Sequence record: SRR31156797_11293
Reading direction: 5' to 3' (one strand)
Length of the DNA stretch: 56,712 bases
How positions within the stretch are numbered: position 1 is the first letter of the stretch; the number at the start of each line of letters is the position of its first letter. The position numbers were made by a program, and so were the translations under genes. The notes beneath the pieces are model-generated. The model did not search any database and was not told where the DNA came from. It saw only the letters and a program-made list of their open reading frames with translations. Of the stretch, positions 21,792 to 30,231 are shown piece by piece.

Positions 21792-22225
21792 CGGACGGCC
21801 AGATACTGATTCTGGCCGACACCATTCTGGTGATTCATTTCATTATTGCGGCCTACCTGACCTTGGGGTTGCCTGTTATCTGGCTAGGGAAAATATTTGG
21901 CCGACAATTCATTCACAACCCATGGTTTCGGTATTCGCACGCGGGACTCATGGGGTTTGTGCTTCTGGAATCTTTGATCGGTATGTTCTGCCCACTCACG
22001 GTCTGGGAAACAAACTTACGAAGAGCCGCAGGACAACAGGGTGTCGGCCATGATGAATCCTTCGTCAGTCATTGGCTCGGAAAAATACTGTTCCATGATT
22101 TCAACGAAACCACCTATAGCGTGGTATATGGGCTCTTTTTCTTGCTTATCGCACTGACCTTCCTGTTCATTCCAGTTCGGGCAAGCGGAAAAAAATGCCG
22201 AACCCGCAACCATAAAAACCCTTAA
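21788..22225 (+). CDS. DUF2784-like membrane protein
   Basis: LAD..LVIH, CPLTVWE.LR motif, three hydrophobic segments; ATGA overlap with the hydrolase gene. Confidence 0.8.
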   Translation: MTDGQILILADTILVIHFIIAAYLTLGLPVIWLGKIFGRQFIHNPWFRYSHAGLMGFVLLESLIGMFCPLTVWETNLRRAAGQQGVGHDESFVSHWLGKILFHDFNETTYSVVYGLFFLLIALTFLFIPVRASGKKCRTRNHKNP

Positions 22226-22300
22226 GTACATAAAATATTGACTTTTTCCGATTGGTGCACGGGTTTTGCTTTAAGAGTTACACCCTGCAAGGAGGAACAC

Positions 22301-22567
22301 ATGCCCACTATCGAACAAACACAATTTCACGGAACCAATACTGACATCGTCCGTGACCGCATTCAGGAACTTAAAGCCCGCGCCGCTGAAAGCTTGGATG
22401 ACGCCATGAGTATCGTTTCCAAAAACCTTGGCCGCGAAGAAGCCAAGGGTGCTGAAAACAGCTTGGCCGGACTTGGGGAAGGACTGACCAGTCAAAATGC
22501 AGCCATACACACACTGGACCCGCTCAAGGTTCTGGACCTCATCAGCGATCCATTTGAAAACGACTAG
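22301..22567 (+). CDS. Small acidic hypothetical protein (88 aa)
   Basis: Strong AAGGAGG RBS before ATG 22301; C-terminal HTLDPLKVLDLI; followed by hairpin GGACGCC/GGTGTCC. Confidence 0.75.
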   Translation: MPTIEQTQFHGTNTDIVRDRIQELKARAAESLDDAMSIVSKNLGREEAKGAENSLAGLGEGLTSQNAAIHTLDPLKVLDLISDPFEND

Positions 22568-22635
22568 GTGATTAGCCTCTCCCAACTACGCTGAGGACGC
22601 CTTTTTTCAGGGGTGTCCGCCTTTGCGCTTGCCTT

Positions 22636-22665
22636 TTGATGACACTGATAATACATTGTCATAAT
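22636..22665 (+). promoter_or_regulatory. Candidate sigma70 promoter
   Basis: TTGATG(22636-41)-N18-CATAAT(22660-65) with extended -10 TG at 22657-58; overlapped by the inverted repeat ATGACA-N12-TGTCAT. Confidence 0.4.
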
Positions 22666-22671
22666 TAGACC

Positions 22672-23057
22672 TTCGCTTTTTTAAGTGTCCCTCAATGGTG
22701 ACACCTTCTCCCCTAAAGAAAATATTCATTTTTATCTCCAACGCTGTCCGTCGGTTGCACGATTCCGGCCAGTTTTATTGCTCTACCCTCTTGCCTCGTT
22801 TTTGGCGACAGCGTATAAAAGAATCAAAGGCAATGTCCCCGTGAAAGGGGTTTCGAATAACCTGTACGGAGGGTGGGAGGAAATAGAAATCGATTTCTTC
22901 TTAAACACATATGGCGAATCGAGTCGCCCCGCTCACAGAAAGAGCACCGTGCGCCAAAAACAAACGCACTAGGCCGTCATAAAGTGTATATTTAGAAATG
23001 TCTGGTCCTGGTACAAAGCCGGAGAATCCGGCCTGGCGCACATTTTTGCGTTTTTTT
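22672..23057 (+). ncRNA. Candidate structured non-coding RNA of unknown family
   Basis: At least eight short stems between a promoter-like site and a hairpin plus T7 run (23037-23057); no convincing ORF. Confidence 0.3.
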
Positions 23058-23259
23058 CGCAATCCCCTCCTACAAATCCTCAAAAATATCCCCCGATTTT
23101 CTCTTGACAGGTTTTTCACCAATAGTGTTATCAAAACAATAATTCATTATGAAATGAGTATTTTGACTGTGGCGTGCAATGCTCTCTTGTTTCAAAAAAA
23201 GCAAAGGGCAACCAGCAAACCCACAGCCCACGTAGCACTCGACATATGGCGGTTATACC

Positions 23260-24315
23260 ATGACGAAAAACCCTCTCTGTTCAGCCGAAACAAACGAAAT
23301 TGTCGACATTCTGAAAACAGCTGGAATAGGTGACGATCCGAACTGGATGGCCGTCATTTTGTTCGTCCGCAACCTTCTCACGAAACTCAGTGTGTTTACG
23401 GATGCAAAGAAGGCTGAGATTCAACGTGAGATTTGTGCGGAAATCCTGAAAAACGATTTTTCTGATGAACGCTACGAAATCATAATCGCCATGCTCGACA
23501 TGTACATCATGCAAAACATCGGCACTCAGGAACTTGAAGAAGCGCTCACGAAAGAGAAGCAATCCGCCGCTCAACTTCTTCAGGAAATGAACGACATCAT
23601 CAATTCCATGCAGGGGGCAAACAAACTCCATAGCGCTCGTCTGGACTCATTTCAGGCAAGCGCAACCAACGCAATTCAGGGCGGTACCAACAAAACCGCC
23701 ATTCTCAGTAGGGTACGCGGTATGTTTCAGGAACTCATCACCGAGTTCAAAGACGAAGCCCGAGAACTCAATGCCAAGGCTGACCATTTTGAAAGAACGG
23801 CCAATTTTGATCCATTACTGACCGAGCTCTACAATCGCCGCGCCATGGAAGTCTTCATGAACAGTGCGGTCAAGGAATGTTGTGAAAATTGTATGCCCCT
23901 CAGCTTGATGTTGATCGATGTGGATCATTTCAAACGGGTCAACGATACGTATGGACATCAAGCCGGTGATGATGTCCTTCGAGCTCTGGGCCGCATCCTC
24001 ACCGCGCATGCCATGCAGTATGACGGCTTCGCGGCCAGATACGGCGGAGAAGAACTGGTCATCATCATGAAAAATATGGACCTAAACAGGGCCGCCATCA
24101 AATCTGAAGCAGTCAGAGCCGATGTGGAAAATTATGATTTCCGTATCCGTACAAACGGCCAATTGTCGGAAGATTCCCTGCAATTTACCGTCTCTGTCGG
24201 TGTGGCGGAACTCAAAGAAGGGTGGAATGCCAACTCTCTGGTCAGCGCTGCGGACTCAGCCATGTACAAAGCCAAAAAATCTGGTCGAAACAGAGTCTGT
24301 GCAGCGTCAGCATAG
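23260..24315 (+). CDS. Diguanylate cyclase (helical N-terminus + GGDEF)
   Basis: DPLLTELYNRR, IDVDHFKRVNDTYGHQAGD, RYGGEEL, TVSVGVA, AD.AMYKAK..GRN. Confidence 0.93.
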   Translation: MTKNPLCSAETNEIVDILKTAGIGDDPNWMAVILFVRNLLTKLSVFTDAKKAEIQREICAEILKNDFSDERYEIIIAMLDMYIMQNIGTQELEEALTKEKQSAAQLLQEMNDIINSMQGANKLHSARLDSFQASATNAIQGGTNKTAILSRVRGMFQELITEFKDEARELNAKADHFERTANFDPLLTELYNRRAMEVFMNSAVKECCENCMPLSLMLIDVDHFKRVNDTYGHQAGDDVLRALGRILTAHAMQYDGFAARYGGEELVIIMKNMDLNRAAIKSEAVRADVENYDFRIRTNGQLSEDSLQFTVSVGVAELKEGWNANSLVSAADSAMYKAKKSGRNRVCAASA

Positions 24316-24381
24316 CCCACGCTCTTCAACAGCTATCGACAACTGACGATTATAATCAACCATATTTACAGGCAATTACTA

Positions 24382-25467
24382 TTGTTTAGATTGGTGACAA
24401 TCCTTGGATTCCTTTTGCTCCTCCCTACGCTCGCCATCAGTGGCAAGCCCATGGAGGTTGTTCTTCTGCACTCCGAATCAAACCCAACTGAATGGACAAA
24501 AAATTTTGCATCAGGCTTGGAAGCAGGGCTTGAATCCATTGCCGAAGTCCATCAGGAATTCCTTGGGCAGGAAGATATGAATGAAGACGATTTCGACACA
24601 GTTTTTCACCAGTTGCTTCAAACGCACCGCACACCGCTCGCAGTAGTAACAGACGGACGCATTGCATTCGCCTTTGCCCGAAAATATGGTCAGGAGCTGT
24701 TCCCAGACGCCCCTGTAATTTTCTGTTCCATCCCCCGTCCGGCACCATATATTTTGTCGACATGTAAAAATTGCACAGGACTGCCCGTGGAATATTCCAT
24801 ACAGGCAGTCGTAGATCTTATTTTCAATCTACGCCCTGAAACGCAGACAGTTGTAGGCATCGCGGACGGAACAACACGGGGTAAAGAACGGATGAAAGCC
24901 GTAACACAAGCCATGCGCCCATATATGGACAAAGCGCAGCTCATTTTCCCCGGTCATGAACCCGGTGATGACGCGGGCTTGGACCTCGATAGTCTGAGCA
25001 CTGTCCTATCCAGCATTCCGAGTAAAGGAGTCACACTTTTTCTTGGATTTTCCGAAGACAGGGAAGGGGCACCTATTTCCGATAAGTCCGTAGCTGCCAT
25101 AGTCAAAGCCCGAACTTCATCACCGACATTTGTTTTGGATGACGCGTTCATGGGGACGGGTGTAGTCGGTGGTCTCATGATTTCAGGTAAAGCTGTGGGA
25201 CTCAATGCAGCCCGTCTGGTTGATCGTATCCTGCACGGAGAAAATATTCAGGAAATGCTGCCGCAGCCTGTCCATAGCGAATTGATTCTGGACGGCAACG
25301 CCTTGGCTCGATTCGGTATTTCCGCACCCGATAAAGCCACCATCATCAACCCGCCAAAAATGGCTGCCGAGGCTGAAGACGCCATCCCAGCCAACGCAAC
25401 AGGGTGGGGTGTGGGTATCATCCTGTGTGTAGGACTTTTCTTTTTATTCAGACGCTACAAGCCATAG
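24382..25467 (+). CDS. Periplasmic ABC-substrate-binding-like protein with C-terminal membrane anchor
   Basis: Signal peptide; LFPDAPVIFC, GTGVVGGLMISG and LARFGI align by eye with the sensor domain of the kinase at 7019; ends in a TM helix plus RRYKP. TTG start. Confidence 0.75.
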   Translation: MFRLVTILGFLLLLPTLAISGKPMEVVLLHSESNPTEWTKNFASGLEAGLESIAEVHQEFLGQEDMNEDDFDTVFHQLLQTHRTPLAVVTDGRIAFAFARKYGQELFPDAPVIFCSIPRPAPYILSTCKNCTGLPVEYSIQAVVDLIFNLRPETQTVVGIADGTTRGKERMKAVTQAMRPYMDKAQLIFPGHEPGDDAGLDLDSLSTVLSSIPSKGVTLFLGFSEDREGAPISDKSVAAIVKARTSSPTFVLDDAFMGTGVVGGLMISGKAVGLNAARLVDRILHGENIQEMLPQPVHSELILDGNALARFGISAPDKATIINPPKMAAEAEDAIPANATGWGVGIILCVGLFFLFRRYKP

Positions 25468-25710
25468 ATGCAGGATACCTGCACCATGGACATGAGGACA
25501 ACAGCGCCCCCGGCAACGTAGGCCATGCAACGGGTTGAGCCCCGGACATGCCTGAAAATTTCAGCCATCTTGAAAGCAGAGTATTCATGGGTATATTTAT
25601 CATGTTGAAGCCAAATCATGAGAATGCCATCCTTTTTTCCAAACGTACCCTGCCGGACACACGTCTTCATGACCAAACTGTGTCGTTCAGAAAACAGTCT
25701 GTAAACATTC

Positions 25711-28293
25711 TCAAACGGTATCAGTCACGCCTCTTGATGCATCATGACGAACGGCCACGGCCAGCACACCAATCAATTCCCCGTCACCATTTCTCAAAGG
25801 CGTGGAAACTGTCAGACAATAGTCATCAATGACTTTTGAGTGATATATATTCGAAATATATGTCTCACCTGTACGCACTGGCTCATGAAACCAATCTCGA
25901 TGAGACCAGTCCGTTCCGACGCCTCCCTTTATTGTTCCAACAGAGGAATCATGCGCCAAAGCACTATCCGTCACCTGAACACCGTCCATATCAGTAATCC
26001 AAGCGATCTCAAGGCTCGGATTCTCCCGCACGGCCTTGTTGAGAATCTCTTGTTGCCGAAACCTGTCAAAGCTTGCCAACGACGGTTCCTGAGCCAATCC
26101 AGCAACGTCTTCCTGAACGGCCCCTTCACCCAGAAGCATGAACAGCCCATACAATTTGGACAATGTTTCGATCTGATCCGTTAATTCAGCGATAGCTCCA
26201 CTTGTTTCGCCTACAGCCTGGGCGGTCTTGCTGGAAACAACATCGACTTCCGAGACAGCTCTGTTGATTTCCTCTCCTGCGGCTGACTGCTGGCTACTGG
26301 CTGCGGCAATGGCTTCCACTTGTTGTGTTGTGGATTCAAAAAATTCCATGATCTCATTCAACGCATCGCCAGACTCTCCAGCAAGTACATTGGCCGAATC
26401 CACTTTTTCAGCCGCCATGTCCATGCCTCGAATATTCTCTTGAACATCGGCCTGAATGTCAGCGATTGACCCACCGACTTCACGAGTTGCATCCATGGTT
26501 TTCTCGGCCAGCTTACGGACTTCGTCCGCGACCACGGCAAACCCTCGTCCAGCCTCACCGGCCCGCGCCGCCTCAATGGCTGCATTCAAAGCCAACAGGT
26601 TTGTCTGGTCGGCAATGTCGGAAATAACCGTCATCACCTTATCAATGGAACTCGCTTTGGCTCCAAGATTTGCGACTTTGACCTTGAGCTGTTCGGTTAT
26701 GGTATGCACATCGCCAATGGAGTGAACGGTTTTTCGAACCACTTCAGCTCCTTCACGGGCACGATTATGCGCCAACTCGGCGGCCTTGGACGCGTCTTCG
26801 GCATTTCCCGCTACTTCTCGGATGGAACCTGCCAGTTGCTCCATGGATGTCGCGGTCTGTTCCACACGAGAACTCAGGCTGTTGGCTCCTTCCAAAATTC
26901 TGTCGGATTCACTATTCACCACCCCTGAAGCCTCTTTCATGCCAACGACAACGACTTCAAGCATACCGGCTGCCTGAAGCATGCCTTCACGCTGTGCTTT
27001 GGCTGCATCGGTCCGGGCCTGTCGCTCACTTTTGGCCTGCTCCATGGCGGCCTCTGCCTCGACTGCACGAGATTGGGCCAGTTCAAAAGCAACCTCTGCT
27101 TCCTGCATCTTGTCTCCCAAAGTATGCACCATGCATTCAATCGCTTCCTGAACCTGCTTCAATTCCCCCTTGAATACCCCTGATGCAACAGTGTCAAGAT
27201 CTCCTTCAGCCACCTTACCCGCGTACTCACGAAGTCCATTGAGAGGACGGAGCAGGGCGCAACGGAGAAAAAGCAGTGTCACAATGAGGATGCCTACCGC
27301 AGATGAACCAGCCACGATAATGGCCGCATTTTCAAGATTGCTGATTGAAGCCAAGGCTTCGGAAGCATCTATTTTTACGACCAATCCCCAAACAGTGTCA
27401 CCCACCGGGACGGGCGCATAGCCTGCCAGAACTTCATGACCACGATAATCTATCGCATCCATACTGCCTTTTTTGCCTGCCAGTCCCTTACGTGCAGGGG
27501 CAGTCTCCATGGCGCCACGCCGAGGAGACGCAAAAGAGGCCTCAACACTGTATTGTTCGGCATCAGAATAAAGATCAGACCGCATAAGCCTGTCTTGACC
27601 AACCAGATAGGCTTCACCGGTCTTACCCATACCAGCCCGCGGACTCATGACCGCATTCACGCTTTCTACAGGAATACGGAGCATGGCTACACCTTCAATC
27701 TCTTTTCCATACCGCCTGATCGGGGCTGCGATAAACGCGCAAGGCTGCTGTTTCAGGGGAGGGTAGGGGTGGAAGTCGACAAAGACCGTTTCGCCAGCGA
27801 GAGCGCGTTTCCAAGCCTTCTGGAGCTTACTTCTGGAAAGCCCCCCCTTGGCGATATCTTCGCCAAGCTCACTGCCACGGGTAACGGAAAAAACAATGCG
27901 TCCGGTATCATCCAATATCAGGGCATCAGCATATCCACGGACTTTAACCCAAGGGAGAAACTCGGCAGACACCCGTTCCAGAGCGTGGGCATAATCCTCG
28001 TTGGCTATATCCATCTTTCGACCAGGCTTGGCCTCATAAAAAACAATATCCCGCAACCGGACCAACGCGCTGTAAACGTATCGCGCCTCGGAATACATGG
28101 TAATGTCCTTGCCCCAAGTCTCAGTCAAAACATGCAGGTCATGAAGTTTGGCCTCTTTGACCGAAGCGAGCTGGCTATTGGCCTGATCCTTCAAACTCTT
28201 GGACGCGGTATACAGACTGTATCCAACCATGCCCCCCAAGGGCAAAACGCCTATAAGCAGGCAAAAGACAAGCATTTTCACACTGAGTTTCAT
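25711..28293 (-). CDS. Methyl-accepting chemotaxis protein (Cache sensor, HAMP, MA domain, extra C-terminal Cache-like domain)
   Basis: Two TMs, [41 protein letters not shown]-terminal [27 protein letters not shown]. Confidence 0.95.
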   Translation of the reverse strand: MKLSVKMLVFCLLIGVLPLGGMVGYSLYTASKSLKDQANSQLASVKEAKLHDLHVLTETWGKDITMYSEARYVYSALVRLRDIVFYEAKPGRKMDIANEDYAHALERVSAEFLPWVKVRGYADALILDDTGRIVFSVTRGSELGEDIAKGGLSRSKLQKAWKRALAGETVFVDFHPYPPLKQQPCAFIAAPIRRYGKEIEGVAMLRIPVESVNAVMSPRAGMGKTGEAYLVGQDRLMRSDLYSDAEQYSVEASFASPRRGAMETAPARKGLAGKKGSMDAIDYRGHEVLAGYAPVPVGDTVWGLVVKIDASEALASISNLENAAIIVAGSSAVGILIVTLLFLRCALLRPLNGLREYAGKVAEGDLDTVASGVFKGELKQVQEAIECMVHTLGDKMQEAEVAFELAQSRAVEAEAAMEQAKSERQARTDAAKAQREGMLQAAGMLEVVVVGMKEASGVVNSESDRILEGANSLSSRVEQTATSMEQLAGSIREVAGNAEDASKAAELAHNRAREGAEVVRKTVHSIGDVHTITEQLKVKVANLGAKASSIDKVMTVISDIADQTNLLALNAAIEAARAGEAGRGFAVVADEVRKLAEKTMDATREVGGSIADIQADVQENIRGMDMAAEKVDSANVLAGESGDALNEIMEFFESTTQQVEAIAAASSQQSAAGEEINRAVSEVDVVSSKTAQAVGETSGAIAELTDQIETLSKLYGLFMLLGEGAVQEDVAGLAQEPSLASFDRFRQQEILNKAVRENPSLEIAWITDMDGVQVTDSALAHDSSVGTIKGGVGTDWSHRDWFHEPVRTGETYISNIYHSKVIDDYCLTVSTPLRNGDGELIGVLAVAVRHDASRGVTDTV

Positions 28294-28459
28294 TCTCTCT
28301 CCTTCCGTAACCGTCCAAAGAGTTTGGACGGGGAGAGCAAAACCTACTCTTCAATCTCGTTAAAGCGACACGATTTGTGACAAACACATGACCGTAATGT
28401 GAAAATTGTTTGACCTTTGTGTGACAAAAGGAATGGTAATCATTTCAGCATGAAATGAT

Positions 28460-28690
28460 TCATGATGAGAAGAACACAGCATAGAGGACAGCCATGCCCC
28501 AGAAAAGACAGCATAGACAACTTGTGGCGGGAATCATCCACCATTTCAACTGAACAGCTTGGCCGCGAAATTTGAAGGAGCCGCAACAGCGGAACAACGA
28601 AAGAATCATCTGCATAAGCAGGCCGGAGACGGCCAATGCAGGCAAGGCAAGAACCCAGAACATTGGGTCGGATATCCACATAACGGTCAT
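28460..28690 (-). CDS. Small Cys-rich two-TM membrane protein
   Basis: Begins 4 nt after the DAC-like gene stop; two hydrophobic helices; start uncertain (28690/28681/28663). Confidence 0.55.
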   Translation of the reverse strand: MTVMWISDPMFWVLALPALAVSGLLMQMILSLFRCCGSFKFRGQAVQLKWWMIPATSCLCCLFWGMAVLYAVFFSS

Positions 28691-28694
28691 CAGG

Positions 28695-30131
28695 TCAGCT
28701 CATCACCCATTCCGCCAACAGGGGAGGGCGGGCAAAGCCACGAATCTGCTGAAAATGACACAGGGCGGTCAGCTCCACACCGTTCTTGATAATGGAAACC
28801 GGTCGATCGGATGAAACTACAACCACCACGATATCCTCATGTTCAGCCGTAAATCTCAATGCCGAATTAAACCGCGCACCACGCGCCCTGTTCTCACCGG
28901 GAACGGATTGGCCATCCATAAGACAACCAAAGCCGTAGAGTTTCAAATCACGTCCAATATGCAATGCGCCGTCCAATTTTGCCAATGAACAGGCGAGCTT
29001 GAGCTGACTGCTTTCCTGGAGGTCCAACGGCTTTTCAAAGTGTTGACCTGCAGTTTTCAAAAAATGTGTCCCAGTGTCCACGATCAACGTGCACCCATGC
29101 TTACGGTCACGCACCCGATTAACCATATGCGAAATGATATGAAGCAGGCCGTGTTGCTCCTCCATATTCAAATCGGTCTCCAACAATTGCTCTTCAAGCT
29201 GAACCAGATTTGCCTTCAGGTTAGAAGAATGAAACCGACCATCAGAAAAACTACAGACCAACTCATCCTTAATCCACAAGAATCCGTGAGTGCCACTGAA
29301 TTGAGCGGCCAGATACGCTCCCGGCATGGGACCAATGGCTATACCAAGCACGGTTGAACCGTCCGAGACCAAAACCCGCCCGGAAAACTCAACGGCCTGT
29401 AGTAGTTTGCGTACATGTTTTGTGTCGGACAGACTTGGCTGTTCATGCAAGGGAAAGCGACAAATCATACGCACCTGATCGAGTTGGCTCGGCTCAACTA
29501 CCACGATTCGGCCTCTGGGCCATGCACCCTCTTCCTTGGTGCCGGACACGCCCATAATCGCATCCAAAAACGGGTAGACACGTATCTGTGTATCAAGCCA
29601 CCCCAAACGACTCCGTTCATCTACAATATAATTCCGAATGGCGTGATTTGCACAATGCTGCAACATGAACCCGGCAATATCCAATCCCATGACATTGCAC
29701 GTTTCAAAATTCTGGGAAACCAGCTCTGCGGCGTATTCCAACCAATTTTCGGTCGGTCCCAACGAACACATATCCGGGTGCTCCTCGGTAAACCACATCT
29801 GATAATGCATAGGGTGAGAACGTGCCCCGAGAGTAATAATACCCGATAAGTCCAGTCCGGCTTTATCGGAATCAATGATCTCCAATTCCCGGCCTTCCGG
29901 CGGACTTCCTCGCCACTTGTTGGAATACAAATAGTAGTCCCGAAGCTTAGGCTCGTGACCTTCCAGCAGATTTTGCGGATCACAAATACGAGGAGGAGCA
30001 TCCTCACTTTGGGCGTACACAACTGCGGCTCGACTTGGGGGTGAAAAATGCGACAACCCTTCACGAAGTCCGTCCAGAATATGAAATATGCAGATATTCT
30101 CGAATGATGCTTCAGGCATTACCAACTCCAA
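28695..30131 (-). CDS. DisA_N/DAC-fold (diadenylate cyclase-like) protein with long N-terminal region
   Basis: C-terminal KHGCTLIV, LAKLDGALHI, GARFNSA, VVVVSSD; GGAGG RBS region upstream. Confidence 0.85.
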   Translation of the reverse strand: MELVMPEASFENICIFHILDGLREGLSHFSPPSRAAVVYAQSEDAPPRICDPQNLLEGHEPKLRDYYLYSNKWRGSPPEGRELEIIDSDKAGLDLSGIITLGARSHPMHYQMWFTEEHPDMCSLGPTENWLEYAAELVSQNFETCNVMGLDIAGFMLQHCANHAIRNYIVDERSRLGWLDTQIRVYPFLDAIMGVSGTKEEGAWPRGRIVVVEPSQLDQVRMICRFPLHEQPSLSDTKHVRKLLQAVEFSGRVLVSDGSTVLGIAIGPMPGAYLAAQFSGTHGFLWIKDELVCSFSDGRFHSSNLKANLVQLEEQLLETDLNMEEQHGLLHIISHMVNRVRDRKHGCTLIVDTGTHFLKTAGQHFEKPLDLQESSQLKLACSLAKLDGALHIGRDLKLYGFGCLMDGQSVPGENRARGARFNSALRFTAEHEDIVVVVVSSDRPVSIIKNGVELTALCHFQQIRGFARPPLLAEWVMS

Positions 30132-30231
30132 CGGTCTCAGTGCCTCCCTACATGGGATTCATTGGAACGGTAGGCCAAAAGTCTCAAAAATGTCCAGAAC
30201 GAACCCAAAAAACTCTTTGTTTGGGTAAAAA

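Noticed and set aside
22826..22865. Resemblance to a c-di-GMP-I riboswitch (GGCAA..GAAA hairpin) upstream of the cyclase
   Set aside because: Lacks GGCAAAC and GACGCAAA and has no second stem with a tetraloop receptor.
22685..22972. 95-aa ORF in the large intergenic gap
   Set aside because: GTG start without an RBS and no protein-like features; not called, though translation is not formally excluded.
22672..23057. RNase P or tmRNA, based on size
   Set aside because: No GAGGAAAGTCC motif (GAGGAAATAG is found instead) and no tRNA-like T-arm with a CCA end.
27436..28380. 314-aa + strand ORF
   Set aside because: Antisense to the MCP gene; no domain features.
28374..28430. TTGTGA and GTGACAAA motifs upstream of the MCP as a Rex or CRP site
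   Set aside because: Half-sites only; no correctly spaced inverted partner.
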